Position numbers and translations under genes: made by a program
Shown here: in pieces, positions 32,805 through 40,395 of the stretch
How positions within the stretch are numbered: position 1 is the stretch's first letter
How the letters are laid out: the number at the start of each line of letters is the position of its first letter
The notes under the pieces: generated by a model
The model's database searches: none
Seen by the model: the letters and a program-made list of their open reading frames with translations, nothing else
Told to the model about the DNA's origin: nothing
Assembly: GCA_002792915.1 (NCBI GenBank)
Contig: PFPF01000034.1
Location: 1-41,447 of the forward strand
Length of the DNA: 41,447 nt
From: Candidatus Micrarchaeota archaeon CG_4_10_14_0_2_um_filter_60_11
Lineage (GTDB): Archaea > Micrarchaeota > Micrarchaeia > Norongarragalinales > Norongarragalinaceae
Direction: 5' to 3'

Positions 32805-33991
32805 AGGCGGTCATACTCGCGGGCGGTTACGCCACGCGCCTCCAGCCGTTGAGTTCGCGTTTGCCAAAACTGCTGTTGCCCGTCGCGGGCAAGCCGGTTG
32901 CGGCTTACCTGTTCGAGATGCTCAAGGACGCGGGAGTAAAGGAGGCCGTAATTTCGCTGAACAGGCGGCAGGGCATCGTGCAAAGCGTTCTCGGCGGCGA
33001 ATACGGCGGCTTGAAGGTTTCCTACGTTTTCGAGGAGTCCAAGGGGGACGAGGACAAGTTGGGCGCGGTGGGCGCGATGCGCTTCGTCGCGCAACAGGCG
33101 AAAATCACGGAGGACTGCCTCATCGTGGGCAGCGACAATTTCGTCTATGGCCTAGATTTGCGCAAGATGGTCGGCGAACACAAGAAGCGCAAACCGCACG
33201 CCACGATTGCGCTGTTCGATTTGGTGGACAAGGCGGACGTCGAGCACTTCGGCGTGGCGCTGCTGGAGGGCAGGCGCATCGCGCGCTTCCAGGAAAAGCC
33301 GCGCGTGGAGGAAGCGATAAGCAAGCTTGCGAGCACGGCGGTTTACCACGTTTCCTCGTCTTTCTTAAAGAACCTGGACAAGTTCGTCGCGGAACGCAAG
33401 GCGCAAGGCAAGAAAGCCGATAGGCTGGGCGACTTGTGGGAGTACCTAGTCAAGGACGAAGTGTTGGAGGGCTTCGCGTTCCAAGGCGTCTGGGGCGACA
33501 TCGGCAGCCCCGAAACGTACATCGAGACCAACAAGTTGGCGATGAACTTCCTTACTTCCGGTGTGATTGACAAGCAAGGCGGCGCTTTCTTCGCGGGCAA
33601 CCAGTTGCACGTGGCGGCAACCGCGCAAATCGGCGCGGGCGCGGTAATCAGGGGTCCCGCAATCCTAGAGGACGGCGTGCGCGTCGGCAAGGATGCGGTC
33701 ATCGGGCCCTATACCCACCTGATGAAGGCCAGCGCGGTCGGCGACAATGCCGCGGTTTCGGGCAGCATCGTTTTCGAGGGCGCGGTAATCGGCGGAAAAT
33801 GCCAAGTCCGCGATTCCATAATCGACCGCAACGCGATTCTCGCGGAGAATTGCCGCGTGGACGACTACTCGCTAATCGGCGAGGAGTGCGCGCTCGGCGA
33901 GGGGTGCCGCGTTTTCAGCCGCACGCGCCTGTGGCCGCGGCTCCAAATCGACCGCGAGGCGGTAGTCGAGGGAACGGTCAGGACGCGTTAA
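32801..33991 (+). CDS. Sugar-1-phosphate nucleotidyltransferase with a C-terminal left-handed beta-helix (hexapeptide) domain
   Basis: '[32 protein letters not shown]'. C-terminal hexapeptide repeats ('[27 protein letters not shown]...'). ATGA overlap with the preceding gene. Confidence 0.85.
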   Translation: [396 protein letters not shown]

Positions 33992-33997
33992 GGAAAT

Positions 33998-36760
33998 TCA
34001 CGCGAACAAGAGCGCGGGCTTGAATGGAAGCGCGCGCTTGGCCTTGTCTTCCTCGGCTTCCTCTTCCGCGACGACTTCCACTTTCACGCCCAGCTGGCTG
34101 CCGATGAATTCCGCCGCCGCCTCGATGGCGTCCAGCTCTTCCTCGCCCGCCAGCGTTTCCGCGCGCAGGCTGGCGGAGTTCTTCGCGAGGGCGTTCACGT
34201 AGGCGACCGCGTCCTTGCCTTTCTTGCGGACTTCCGGCGATTCCATCGCCTTCTTGATTAGTTCGCCGGGGTTGCGCGTCTCGCGCGCCTTGGCGTAAAC
34301 GCCGCGCTTCCATTCCGCGGCAATGAAGACGCGCAGCGATTCCGGCTTCTCCTTCACCATTGAAAGTATTTTTTCGCCGTCCTCGATTACCGCCTTCACC
34401 AGCTCTTCGCCCAGCTCCGCTTCGCGGTTTTCCTTGGCTTCGTCCGCGATTGGGAACGCGGCGTTGCAGCAGAACCCTTCGCCTTCCAGCGACTCCCACG
34501 CCTCTTCCGCCGCGTGCGGGGCGAACGGGGAAAGCATCCTGCAGACGGCTGAAACGGTGGCCTTGAATCCCGGACCGCGCTCGCGCTTGCGGCGGCCGTA
34601 CCACTTCAAGTCGTTGAGCGGCTCGAAGAAGCCCTGTTGGAGCGCGGTGCGGAACTTGGTTTTTTCGAACGCTTCGCGCGACTCGGCCACGTGCTTTTGC
34701 AGGCGGGATTCAATCCAGTCGTCAAGCGCGTCGCGCGGAGCTTCACAGTCCATTTCCGCGGAATTCAGGAACTTCGCAATCCACTGCTGCAGGGACAGCG
34801 CGTTCTCGCGGCGCCAGTCGGGCTCCGAGAGGCCTTCCGCGGAGTACATCAGGTTGCAGCGCGTCACGTCCGCGCCGTACTCTCCCGCGAGCTGGCTGAT
34901 GGTCAAGAAATTGCCTTTGCTCTTGCTCATTTTCTCGCCTTCCACGAGGAGCATTCCGTTCACGCCGATTCCCGCGGGCCACTTGTTTTCCGGAAGGAGC
35001 GCGGTGTGGTGGAACAGGTAGAATGTCAGGTGATTGGGCACTAGTTCGTCAGCCGAGTTGCGGAAGTCGCAGGGATACCAATAGTCGAACTCGCGTTTTG
35101 CCTCGTCCAGTATTTTCGCGTCCAGATGCTTCGCCGCTTCCGCCTTTTTTTCGCCGGTGAAAATGTAATCGAAAACTTCCGGCGCGAGCTGTTCGGGCTT
35201 TATTTTGCGTTCGTGCAGCACTCCCGCAATCGTGTAGAACGCGGGATAAAGCGTCGAATCCGACAGGGTTTCGACAATCCAGTCCTTGTCCCACGGCAAA
35301 TTAGTGCCCAGCCCGCTTCTCCGCGCGCACGCCTTGTCCTGCAGCCATTCGATGGTGTTCTCGAACGCCACGCGGATTTCCTCGGGATACAGCTTTAGTT
35401 TTGCGAGGCACTTGCGGACTTTCTGCTTCCACTTCTCGTCCGAGTACTTGAGGAACCACTGGTCCTTGAGTATTTTGACCAAGCACCTGTTGCCGCAGCG
35501 GCACTCGACTTCCTCATCCGTCTCGAACATGGCGTCCGCGACGCCCTTCTTCCTGAAGTCCGCCTTGAGCCTGTCCTTGCACTGGCTGACCTTGAGGCCC
35601 GCGTACTCGCCGCACGCCGCGTTCAGCACGCCTTCGTGGAACTCCTTCTTGTAAACCTCGTGCGTCGCCTCTTCCGCGCGCGGGTCGTTCTGGTTTTTCA
35701 CCCCGAAGCGGTTGCACGCCTCGATTGCCGGATTTTCTCCATAGCCGGGCGTGCGGATGATTGAGATGGGCGCGATTTTCGAGCCCGCGTCCTCGAGCGC
35801 CAGGTAGTCGAGGGGGGCGTGCGAAGGCACGCTCATCACTATTCCCGTGGCGTTGCCCTCGTCAACGAAGACCGCGGAGAGAATCGGAATATTCCTGCCC
35901 GTTATTGGCGCCTTGCATTCCTTGCCGATTATTTCCGCGCCCTTGAATTCGCGCTTGATTTTCACTTCGCGGAGTTGTTCCGCCAGCTTGGCGGCCGCGG
36001 CTTTGGAGAGAATCCAGTCCTCGCCGTCCACGCTCGCCTCCACGAGGCTGCTTTCAGGGTTGACCCAGACGTTCGTCACGCCGTACACCGTTTCCGGGCG
36101 GAGCGTGCCGCAGACGATTTTCTTTCCGTCCAAATCGAATTTTATGAGGATGAACTCCTCGGGGCTCGCGCCCTCGCCTTTCAGGCGGTCGTGGTCGCCG
36201 GTCGGGGACTTGCAGGATGTGCAGTAAATCACGGGGTGCGTGCCCTTGACCACGAAGCCCATCTCCTTGAGGCGCAGGTACTGCCACTCGATGAACTTCT
36301 TGTAATCCGGGTCAATCGTCACGAACGAGCGGCGCCAATCCACGGCGAATCCCATGGCCTTGGCGGACTCTATCGTGCGCGCCTTGTAATAACCCACGAT
36401 GTGCCGTGGGTCTTCGAACCGGCTTATTTCCGAGTCGGGGACCCCGCTCTCGCGCAGCACGTGAAGCTGCTTCGCATCCTTGTTCTTGACGCGCTTGGCC
36501 ATTCCCACGATGGGCTCTCCCGTCGCGTGGAAGGCGAACGGGAACAACACGTTCTTCCCGTTCATGCGCTGGTAGCGGCTGAACACGTCCACGCGCGTCG
36601 CCGTGTACGCGTGCCCCAAGTGCAGGGGCCCGTTCAGGTAAGGGTACGGAAAAGTGGCGAAGAACTTGCTTCGCCCGTCCGGGTTAGACTCGTAGGCGCG
36701 CGCCTCGTTCCAAGCCGCCTGCCATTTTGCCTCGATTCCAGCGAAATCTTCAGACAACAT
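33998..36760 (-). CDS. leuS: Leucyl-tRNA synthetase (archaeal type)
   Basis: 'FPYPYLNGPLHLGHAYT' (HIGH), 'KMSKSKGN' (KMSKS). A CP1 editing insert is present. 920 aa. Confidence 0.93.
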   Translation of the reverse strand: MLSEDFAGIEAKWQAAWNEARAYESNPDGRSKFFATFPYPYLNGPLHLGHAYTATRVDVFSRYQRMNGKNVLFPFAFHATGEPIVGMAKRVKNKDAKQLHVLRESGVPDSEISRFEDPRHIVGYYKARTIESAKAMGFAVDWRRSFVTIDPDYKKFIEWQYLRLKEMGFVVKGTHPVIYCTSCKSPTGDHDRLKGEGASPEEFILIKFDLDGKKIVCGTLRPETVYGVTNVWVNPESSLVEASVDGEDWILSKAAAAKLAEQLREVKIKREFKGAEIIGKECKAPITGRNIPILSAVFVDEGNATGIVMSVPSHAPLDYLALEDAGSKIAPISIIRTPGYGENPAIEACNRFGVKNQNDPRAEEATHEVYKKEFHEGVLNAACGEYAGLKVSQCKDRLKADFRKKGVADAMFETDEEVECRCGNRCLVKILKDQWFLKYSDEKWKQKVRKCLAKLKLYPEEIRVAFENTIEWLQDKACARRSGLGTNLPWDKDWIVETLSDSTLYPAFYTIAGVLHERKIKPEQLAPEVFDYIFTGEKKAEAAKHLDAKILDEAKREFDYWYPCDFRNSADELVPNHLTFYLFHHTALLPENKWPAGIGVNGMLLVEGEKMSKSKGNFLTISQLAGEYGADVTRCNLMYSAEGLSEPDWRRENALSLQQWIAKFLNSAEMDCEAPRDALDDWIESRLQKHVAESREAFEKTKFRTALQQGFFEPLNDLKWYGRRKRERGPGFKATVSAVCRMLSPFAPHAAEEAWESLEGEGFCCNAAFPIADEAKENREAELGEELVKAVIEDGEKILSMVKEKPESLRVFIAAEWKRGVYAKARETRNPGELIKKAMESPEVRKKGKDAVAYVNALAKNSASLRAETLAGEEELDAIEAAAEFIGSQLGVKVEVVAEEEAEEDKAKRALPFKPALLFA

Positions 36761-36925
36761 TAACCACCGATTACTTGCCCAATGCTATGTTGCAGCCGTT
36801 TTTTAGGGGTTTTGGGCAACCGCTTTATTAGTTTGCTTCGCCGTCGGCCGTTGAAGTAAACGCCAACTTAATAAATATGCCCGCGCCTCAATAATTCACC
36901 TGTTTTTAGGGGGGGTTGAATTATC

Positions 36926-38029
36926 ATGGAAGAACAACACGGTTCAGGCGAGCAGCACGCTCACCAACACGAATACCACGAGCAAAAGAAGGGACCGCTC
37001 GAAAAAATCCCGCTGCCCTTGCTGATTGCCGGCGTGGGAGTGCTTTGCCTCATAGCGGGCTACGCCCTCGCGGCGTTCGCAATGACGCCGGCCCAGCCGG
37101 CGCAGCCGACGGCAACCCCGACCGCGACCGCGGCAGAGTTGGCGGCAATCGAGAACAAGGCTTCCGTTTACCTGACCAGCATGGTCGCGCTGCAGGCCGG
37201 TTCGGAAGGCATCACCGTCGAGGCGACGAACGCGTCGGAATACAAGGGCATTTACGCCATGGACATCGCCGTGATGGACGGCGCCCAGGTCCTGCAAACC
37301 GGAAAAGTTTACGTTTCCAGGGACGGCTCCACGCTCATAATCGGCAACGAGTTCGACTTGGAAACGCCGCTGCCTTCGCCTTCGCCCGTGCCTTCGCCTT
37401 CACCCATACCCAAGGTCGCTAAGCCCGACGCGCAAGTCTTCGTGATGAGCTTCTGCCCGTACGGCGTCCAGGCCGAACAGGGATTGAGCCCGGTCGCGCG
37501 CATCCTGGGAGCCAACATGACCATCGAGCCGCACTTCATCATTTACGATTCGGGCTTCTGCAGCACCTACGGCATGAGCCTGGAGCAGTGCTGCTTCGCC
37601 AACACGACGCTTTGCTCGCTGCACGGCGTCAAGGAGGCGGACGAGGACGCCCGCCAGTTGTGCATCCTGCGCGACTACAACAAGACCGCGTGGTGGGACT
37701 ACGTGGACTACGTGAACGCGAACTGCACCCTCGGCACGATAGAAACCTGCTGGATGCAGGCGGCGAACGCGACGAAGCTCAACGCTACCGCGATAGCGTC
37801 TTGCGCGGCGGCGGACGGCGCCAAGCTGCTCGAATCCGAGAAGACGCTCGGCGACTCGCTCGGGATAAGCAGCTCGCCCACCATCCTGCTGAACGGCATG
37901 GATTACGCGGGCGGCAGCAGCCCCGAGGGCTTCAAGAACGAGTTCTGCAACGCGTTCATCGACCCGCCGGCCGCGTGCAGCCTCACGCTCTCCGAAGCCG
38001 AAGCCTCGGCAAGCGGCTCGTGCGGATAA
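36926..38029 (+). CDS. Membrane-anchored, Cys-rich thioredoxin-fold (DsbA/GILT-like) protein with a His-rich N-terminus
   Basis: 'EEQHGSGEQHAHQHEYHEQ'. TM 'IPLPLLIAGVGVLCLIAGYALAAF'. Pro/Thr linker. 'VFVMSFCPYGVQ' (CPYG instead of CxxC). 'CSLHGVKEADEDARQLC'. Multiple NxS/T sequons. Confidence 0.5.
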   Translation: MEEQHGSGEQHAHQHEYHEQKKGPLEKIPLPLLIAGVGVLCLIAGYALAAFAMTPAQPAQPTATPTATAAELAAIENKASVYLTSMVALQAGSEGITVEATNASEYKGIYAMDIAVMDGAQVLQTGKVYVSRDGSTLIIGNEFDLETPLPSPSPVPSPSPIPKVAKPDAQVFVMSFCPYGVQAEQGLSPVARILGANMTIEPHFIIYDSGFCSTYGMSLEQCCFANTTLCSLHGVKEADEDARQLCILRDYNKTAWWDYVDYVNANCTLGTIETCWMQAANATKLNATAIASCAAADGAKLLESEKTLGDSLGISSSPTILLNGMDYAGGSSPEGFKNEFCNAFIDPPAACSLTLSEAEASASGSCG

Positions 38030-38117
38030 GCGGCCAGTTTTTTTCTTTTCTTTCTAATTTTTTTATTTGAATAATTAGCTTCAGCTGTAAACAAGAAAAC
38101 TTTTTTATAATTTGGAA

Positions 38118-38255
38118 CGCGGGGGCCGAGATTTGAACTCGGAAGAGCCGAAGCTCACTAGATCTCTCTTGCTTCTTTTCTAGTTGAGGTCTTTTCTTCC
38201 GCGAAGAAAAGAAGTCATTCGAGTCTAGCGCGATACCGGATTCTGCCACCCCCGC
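38118..38255 (-). tRNA. tRNA-Ser(CGA) with an approximately 54-nt intron at the canonical 37/38 position
   Basis: The minus strand reads 'GCGGGGG TG GCAGAATCCGGTATCGC G CTAGA CTCGAA [intron about 38164-38217] A TCTAG TGAGCTTCGGCTCTT CCGAG TTCAAAT CTCGG CCCCCGC G'. Variable-arm hairpin GAGC-TTCG-GCTC. G73 fits Ser. The D-stem has one mismatch. Confidence 0.8.
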
Positions 38256-38282
38256 GCGAGTATTAGTAATGGGCGGTTGGCG

Positions 38283-38292
38283 AATTATTATT
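38283..38292 (-). promoter_or_regulatory. TATA-like box upstream of tRNA-Ser
   Basis: The minus strand reads 'AATAATAATT' 28-37 nt upstream of the tRNA 5' end at 38255. Confidence 0.45.
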
Positions 38293-38303
38293 GTTTCGCT
38301 TTT

Positions 38304-39005
38304 TCAGCGCCTGAAGCCGCCGCGCCCCTCGCGGCGCGGGCCGCGGCTGAAACCGTTGCTCCCCCCGCCGCGTTCGCTCCTGCCGCGGAAGCCGCCGCCT
38401 TCCCTGCCGCGCCCGCCGTCGCGGCCCCTGAAGCCGCCTTCGCGCCTTCCGCCGCCTCCGCGTTCCTCGCGTTGTTCGGGCCTGCCCGCCCACTTGCGGC
38501 GTTCCCTGCCCTTGCATTTCGGGCAGACGCCTTCCTGCGACAATTCGGTGCGGTCGCGGCTGCAGAACGCGCGGATGACGCCCAAGTCGTCGTCGACAAT
38601 CGTCAGGTAAGTGCCCAGCTCCTTTACCTCCTTGACGCGGGCCTTGATGAAGTCGCCGATTTTGAAGTAGTCGCGGAACTCGCGGGCGTAATTGTGGCTG
38701 ACTTCCGAGATGCGGATGTAGCAGAACGTGCGGTTGGCGGCGTGGCTCGCGTCGGCGGGCTGGAAGCGGACGAGCGCGATCTGCTCGTAAATGTCCGCGA
38801 TTATTCCGTAGACCGGGTCGCCCGTCTTGATGCCGCGCACGCTCCTGCCTTTCTTGGCGACGGAAACGCTGCGCTTGGCGGCGTCCTCGCGCTGCTCGCC
38901 GACCATGGCCGCGTAAACGCGCCCGTCCTCGTTGTAAGTGTTTTCATCCCCCGCGAGCTCTTCCTCGTAAGCGAGTTGCGTCCCGGGGTAAACCAGTTTA
39001 GCCAA
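38304..39005 (-). CDS. csl4: Exosome complex RNA-binding protein Csl4 (S1 plus Zn-ribbon) with a C-terminal RGG/FRG-rich tail
   Basis: 'LVYPGTQLAYEEE...GRVYAAMVG', 'GDPVYGIIADIYEQIALVRF', 'CYIRISEVSHNYAREFRDYFKIGDFIKARV', 'GVIRAFCSRD...VCPKC'. Tail 'ERGGGGRREGGFRGRDGGRGREGGGFRGRSERGGG...'. Confidence 0.8.
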   Translation of the reverse strand: MAKLVYPGTQLAYEEELAGDENTYNEDGRVYAAMVGEQREDAAKRSVSVAKKGRSVRGIKTGDPVYGIIADIYEQIALVRFQPADASHAANRTFCYIRISEVSHNYAREFRDYFKIGDFIKARVKEVKELGTYLTIVDDDLGVIRAFCSRDRTELSQEGVCPKCKGRERRKWAGRPEQREERGGGGRREGGFRGRDGGRGREGGGFRGRSERGGGSNGFSRGPRREGRGGFRR

Positions 39006-39114
39006 TGTATATCCGCCTCACAATCAGCGTTAATTACTTGCCCTTTCGGGTTTTTATTCCCCTTGTTTTTTCGGCTACCGTTGCTTTTTATTCCACGCCA
39101 GCCGAATTAAGTCC

Positions 39115-39966
39115 ATGGTCTTGGAGTCGGTGGTGGATCCGGCGACTGCGCGCAGCAACCCGCTCAAGATCGTCGCGTTGAGCTTCATTTTCGTCACGCT
39201 CGCGGTCTTCGCCACGCTTTTCCTGAACACCCGCGAGTCCAGCATCCTGCTAGTGCTCTTCGTCGTCCTGCCTTCGGTGCCGTTCCTGCTCAAGCTGTTC
39301 AGCTTCGAGGAAGAGGATTTCGAGGCCAAGCCCGCGCGCGTTGCGGGAAGCAGGACCATCGCGCGCCACCTGCCCACCATAGTCGTCCTGCTCGCATACT
39401 TCGCGGGCATCACCGCCGCGTTCACTTTCTGGTACTTGTGGCTTCCCGCCGCGGATTCGGGCAGGCTGTTCGCCACGCAGGTCACCGAGCTGGAGAGCGT
39501 GCGCGCCAACTTCCAGGGAATGCTGGTGGACGCGCCGGCGGCGTTCAACCTGTCTGCGTTCGAGGTGCTTTTCTTCCACAACCTGCAGGTCCTGCTCATA
39601 GTCGTCGCGCTTTCCCTGTTGTACGGCGCGGGTGCCGTGTTCGTGCTCGTGTGGAACGCTTCCGTAATCGCGGTCTTCCTGGGGTCCATAGTCCAGATCG
39701 CCGTGCTGCACGACCCCGCCGGAGGGGTGCTTTCGGGCCTGGGCTACGGCGTGCTTGGAATCCTGCCGCACGGCTTTTTCGAGTTGCTCGCCTACCTGAC
39801 GACCGCGCTGTCGGGCGGCATATTGAGCCAGGCGATAGTCAAGCGCATTTACTCCAAGCCCGTGTTCACGCAGATTTTTTACGACGCGATGAAATTGTTC
39901 GCGTGGGCGATAGTGTTCCTCGCCGTCGGCGCCCTCATCGAGTCCACGGGCATTCCGCCCGCCTGA
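39115..39966 (+). CDS. SpoIIM/DUF95-family integral membrane protein
   Basis: 'FFHNLQVLLIVVALSLLYGAGAVFVLVWNASVIAVFLG' and 'GILPHGFFELLAYLTTALSGG' (PHGxxE motif recalled for the stage II sporulation protein M family). Confidence 0.6.
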   Translation: MVLESVVDPATARSNPLKIVALSFIFVTLAVFATLFLNTRESSILLVLFVVLPSVPFLLKLFSFEEEDFEAKPARVAGSRTIARHLPTIVVLLAYFAGITAAFTFWYLWLPAADSGRLFATQVTELESVRANFQGMLVDAPAAFNLSAFEVLFFHNLQVLLIVVALSLLYGAGAVFVLVWNASVIAVFLGSIVQIAVLHDPAGGVLSGLGYGVLGILPHGFFELLAYLTTALSGGILSQAIVKRIYSKPVFTQIFYDAMKLFAWAIVFLAVGALIESTGIPPA

Positions 39967-40093
39967 ACAAGCGAAATCAGTCGCTATCTTTCGTCGTCAT
40001 CGCGCAGAGCGCTCGGTGGTTGTTCAAACTCATCACGCTAACGGTTTCCCCCGCACCCGTTTTTTAGGCTTCTTGTGGGCGGTTTTGTAAACC

Positions 40094-40101
40094 AATAATA
40101 A
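40094..40101 (+). promoter_or_regulatory. TATA-like box upstream of tRNA-Arg
   Basis: 'AATAATAA' 25-32 nt upstream of the tRNA 5' end at 40126. Confidence 0.45.
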
Positions 40102-40125
40102 GCGTTCCGCGCAAAAACTTGTGGA

Positions 40126-40200
40126 GGGCCCGTAGCTCAGCTTGGATAGAGCGATTGCCTCCTAAGCAATAGGTCATGGGTTCGAATCCCATCGGGCTCG
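40126..40200 (+). tRNA. tRNA-Arg(CCU), intron-less
   Basis: 'GGGCCCG TA GCTC AGCTTGGATA GAGC G ATTGC CTCCTAA GCAAT AGGTC ATGGG TTCGAAT CCCAT CGGGCTC G'. All stems pair, with one G-U in the acceptor. Confidence 0.92.
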
Positions 40201-40290
40201 TTTTCAACCTCGCGGTTTTTGATTCGCAACGCTAAACCGTTTTCTTTGGCGGTGCCCTCGCCTTTCTTTTCCCAAAAGAAAGGCAAGGCG

Positions 40291-40311
40291 TTCCGAATCC
40301 CATCGGGCTCG
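40291..40311 (+). repeat. Direct repeat of the tRNA-Arg 3' end (20 of 21 nt), 110 bp downstream of the original
   Basis: 40181-40200 reads 'TTCGAATCCCATCGGGCTCG'. 40291-40311 reads 'TTCCGAATCCCATCGGGCTCG'. The 90-bp spacer contains a perfect 10-bp hairpin 'CCTTTCTTTT-CCC-AAAAGAAAGG'. Confidence 0.85.
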
Positions 40312-40395
40312 CTGCCCAACCCCCCTCCAGTTGGCGGCTCGTTTTTTCCCGCGCCTTACCTCGCGTTTTTATTTGCGCGTTGAGTGGCTTTTCTC

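Noticed and set aside
35819-36763. 314-aa + strand ORF, plus other + strand ORFs, inside leuS
   Set aside because: They are antisense to LeuRS (HIGH and KMSKS motifs present on the minus strand), with arginine-rich junk composition.
36796-36917. Recurring 'CGTTTTT(T)AGG' motif at 36796-36809 and 36897-36917, and also at 40057-40070 and in the tRNA-Leu intron region
   Set aside because: The motif is short and T-rich, the occurrences are in inconsistent contexts, and it is compatible with ordinary oligo-T terminator or spacer sequence. There are too few copies to call a repeat family.
37983-38249. ORFs overlapping tRNA genes: 37983..38249 (-), 40137..40319 (-), 21204..21674 (-) and 21970..22218 (+)
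   Set aside because: They run through tRNA-Ser, tRNA-Arg, the tRNA fragment / LAGLIDADG gene and tRNA-Leu respectively. The RNA structures explain the sequence better.
38277-39110. 277-aa Ala-rich + strand ORF and 113-aa Pro-rich ORF opposite csl4
   Set aside because: They are mirror images of the GC-rich RGG-tail coding region of csl4. Poly-Ala and poly-Pro composition; no start context.
40181-40311. Reading tRNA-Arg as an intron-containing gene that uses the second repeat copy as its 3' exon
   Set aside because: The first copy already completes a perfect 75-nt cloverleaf directly followed by a T-tract. The duplicated copy has an extra C that would distort the T-loop. This is kept only as an alternative in the finding.
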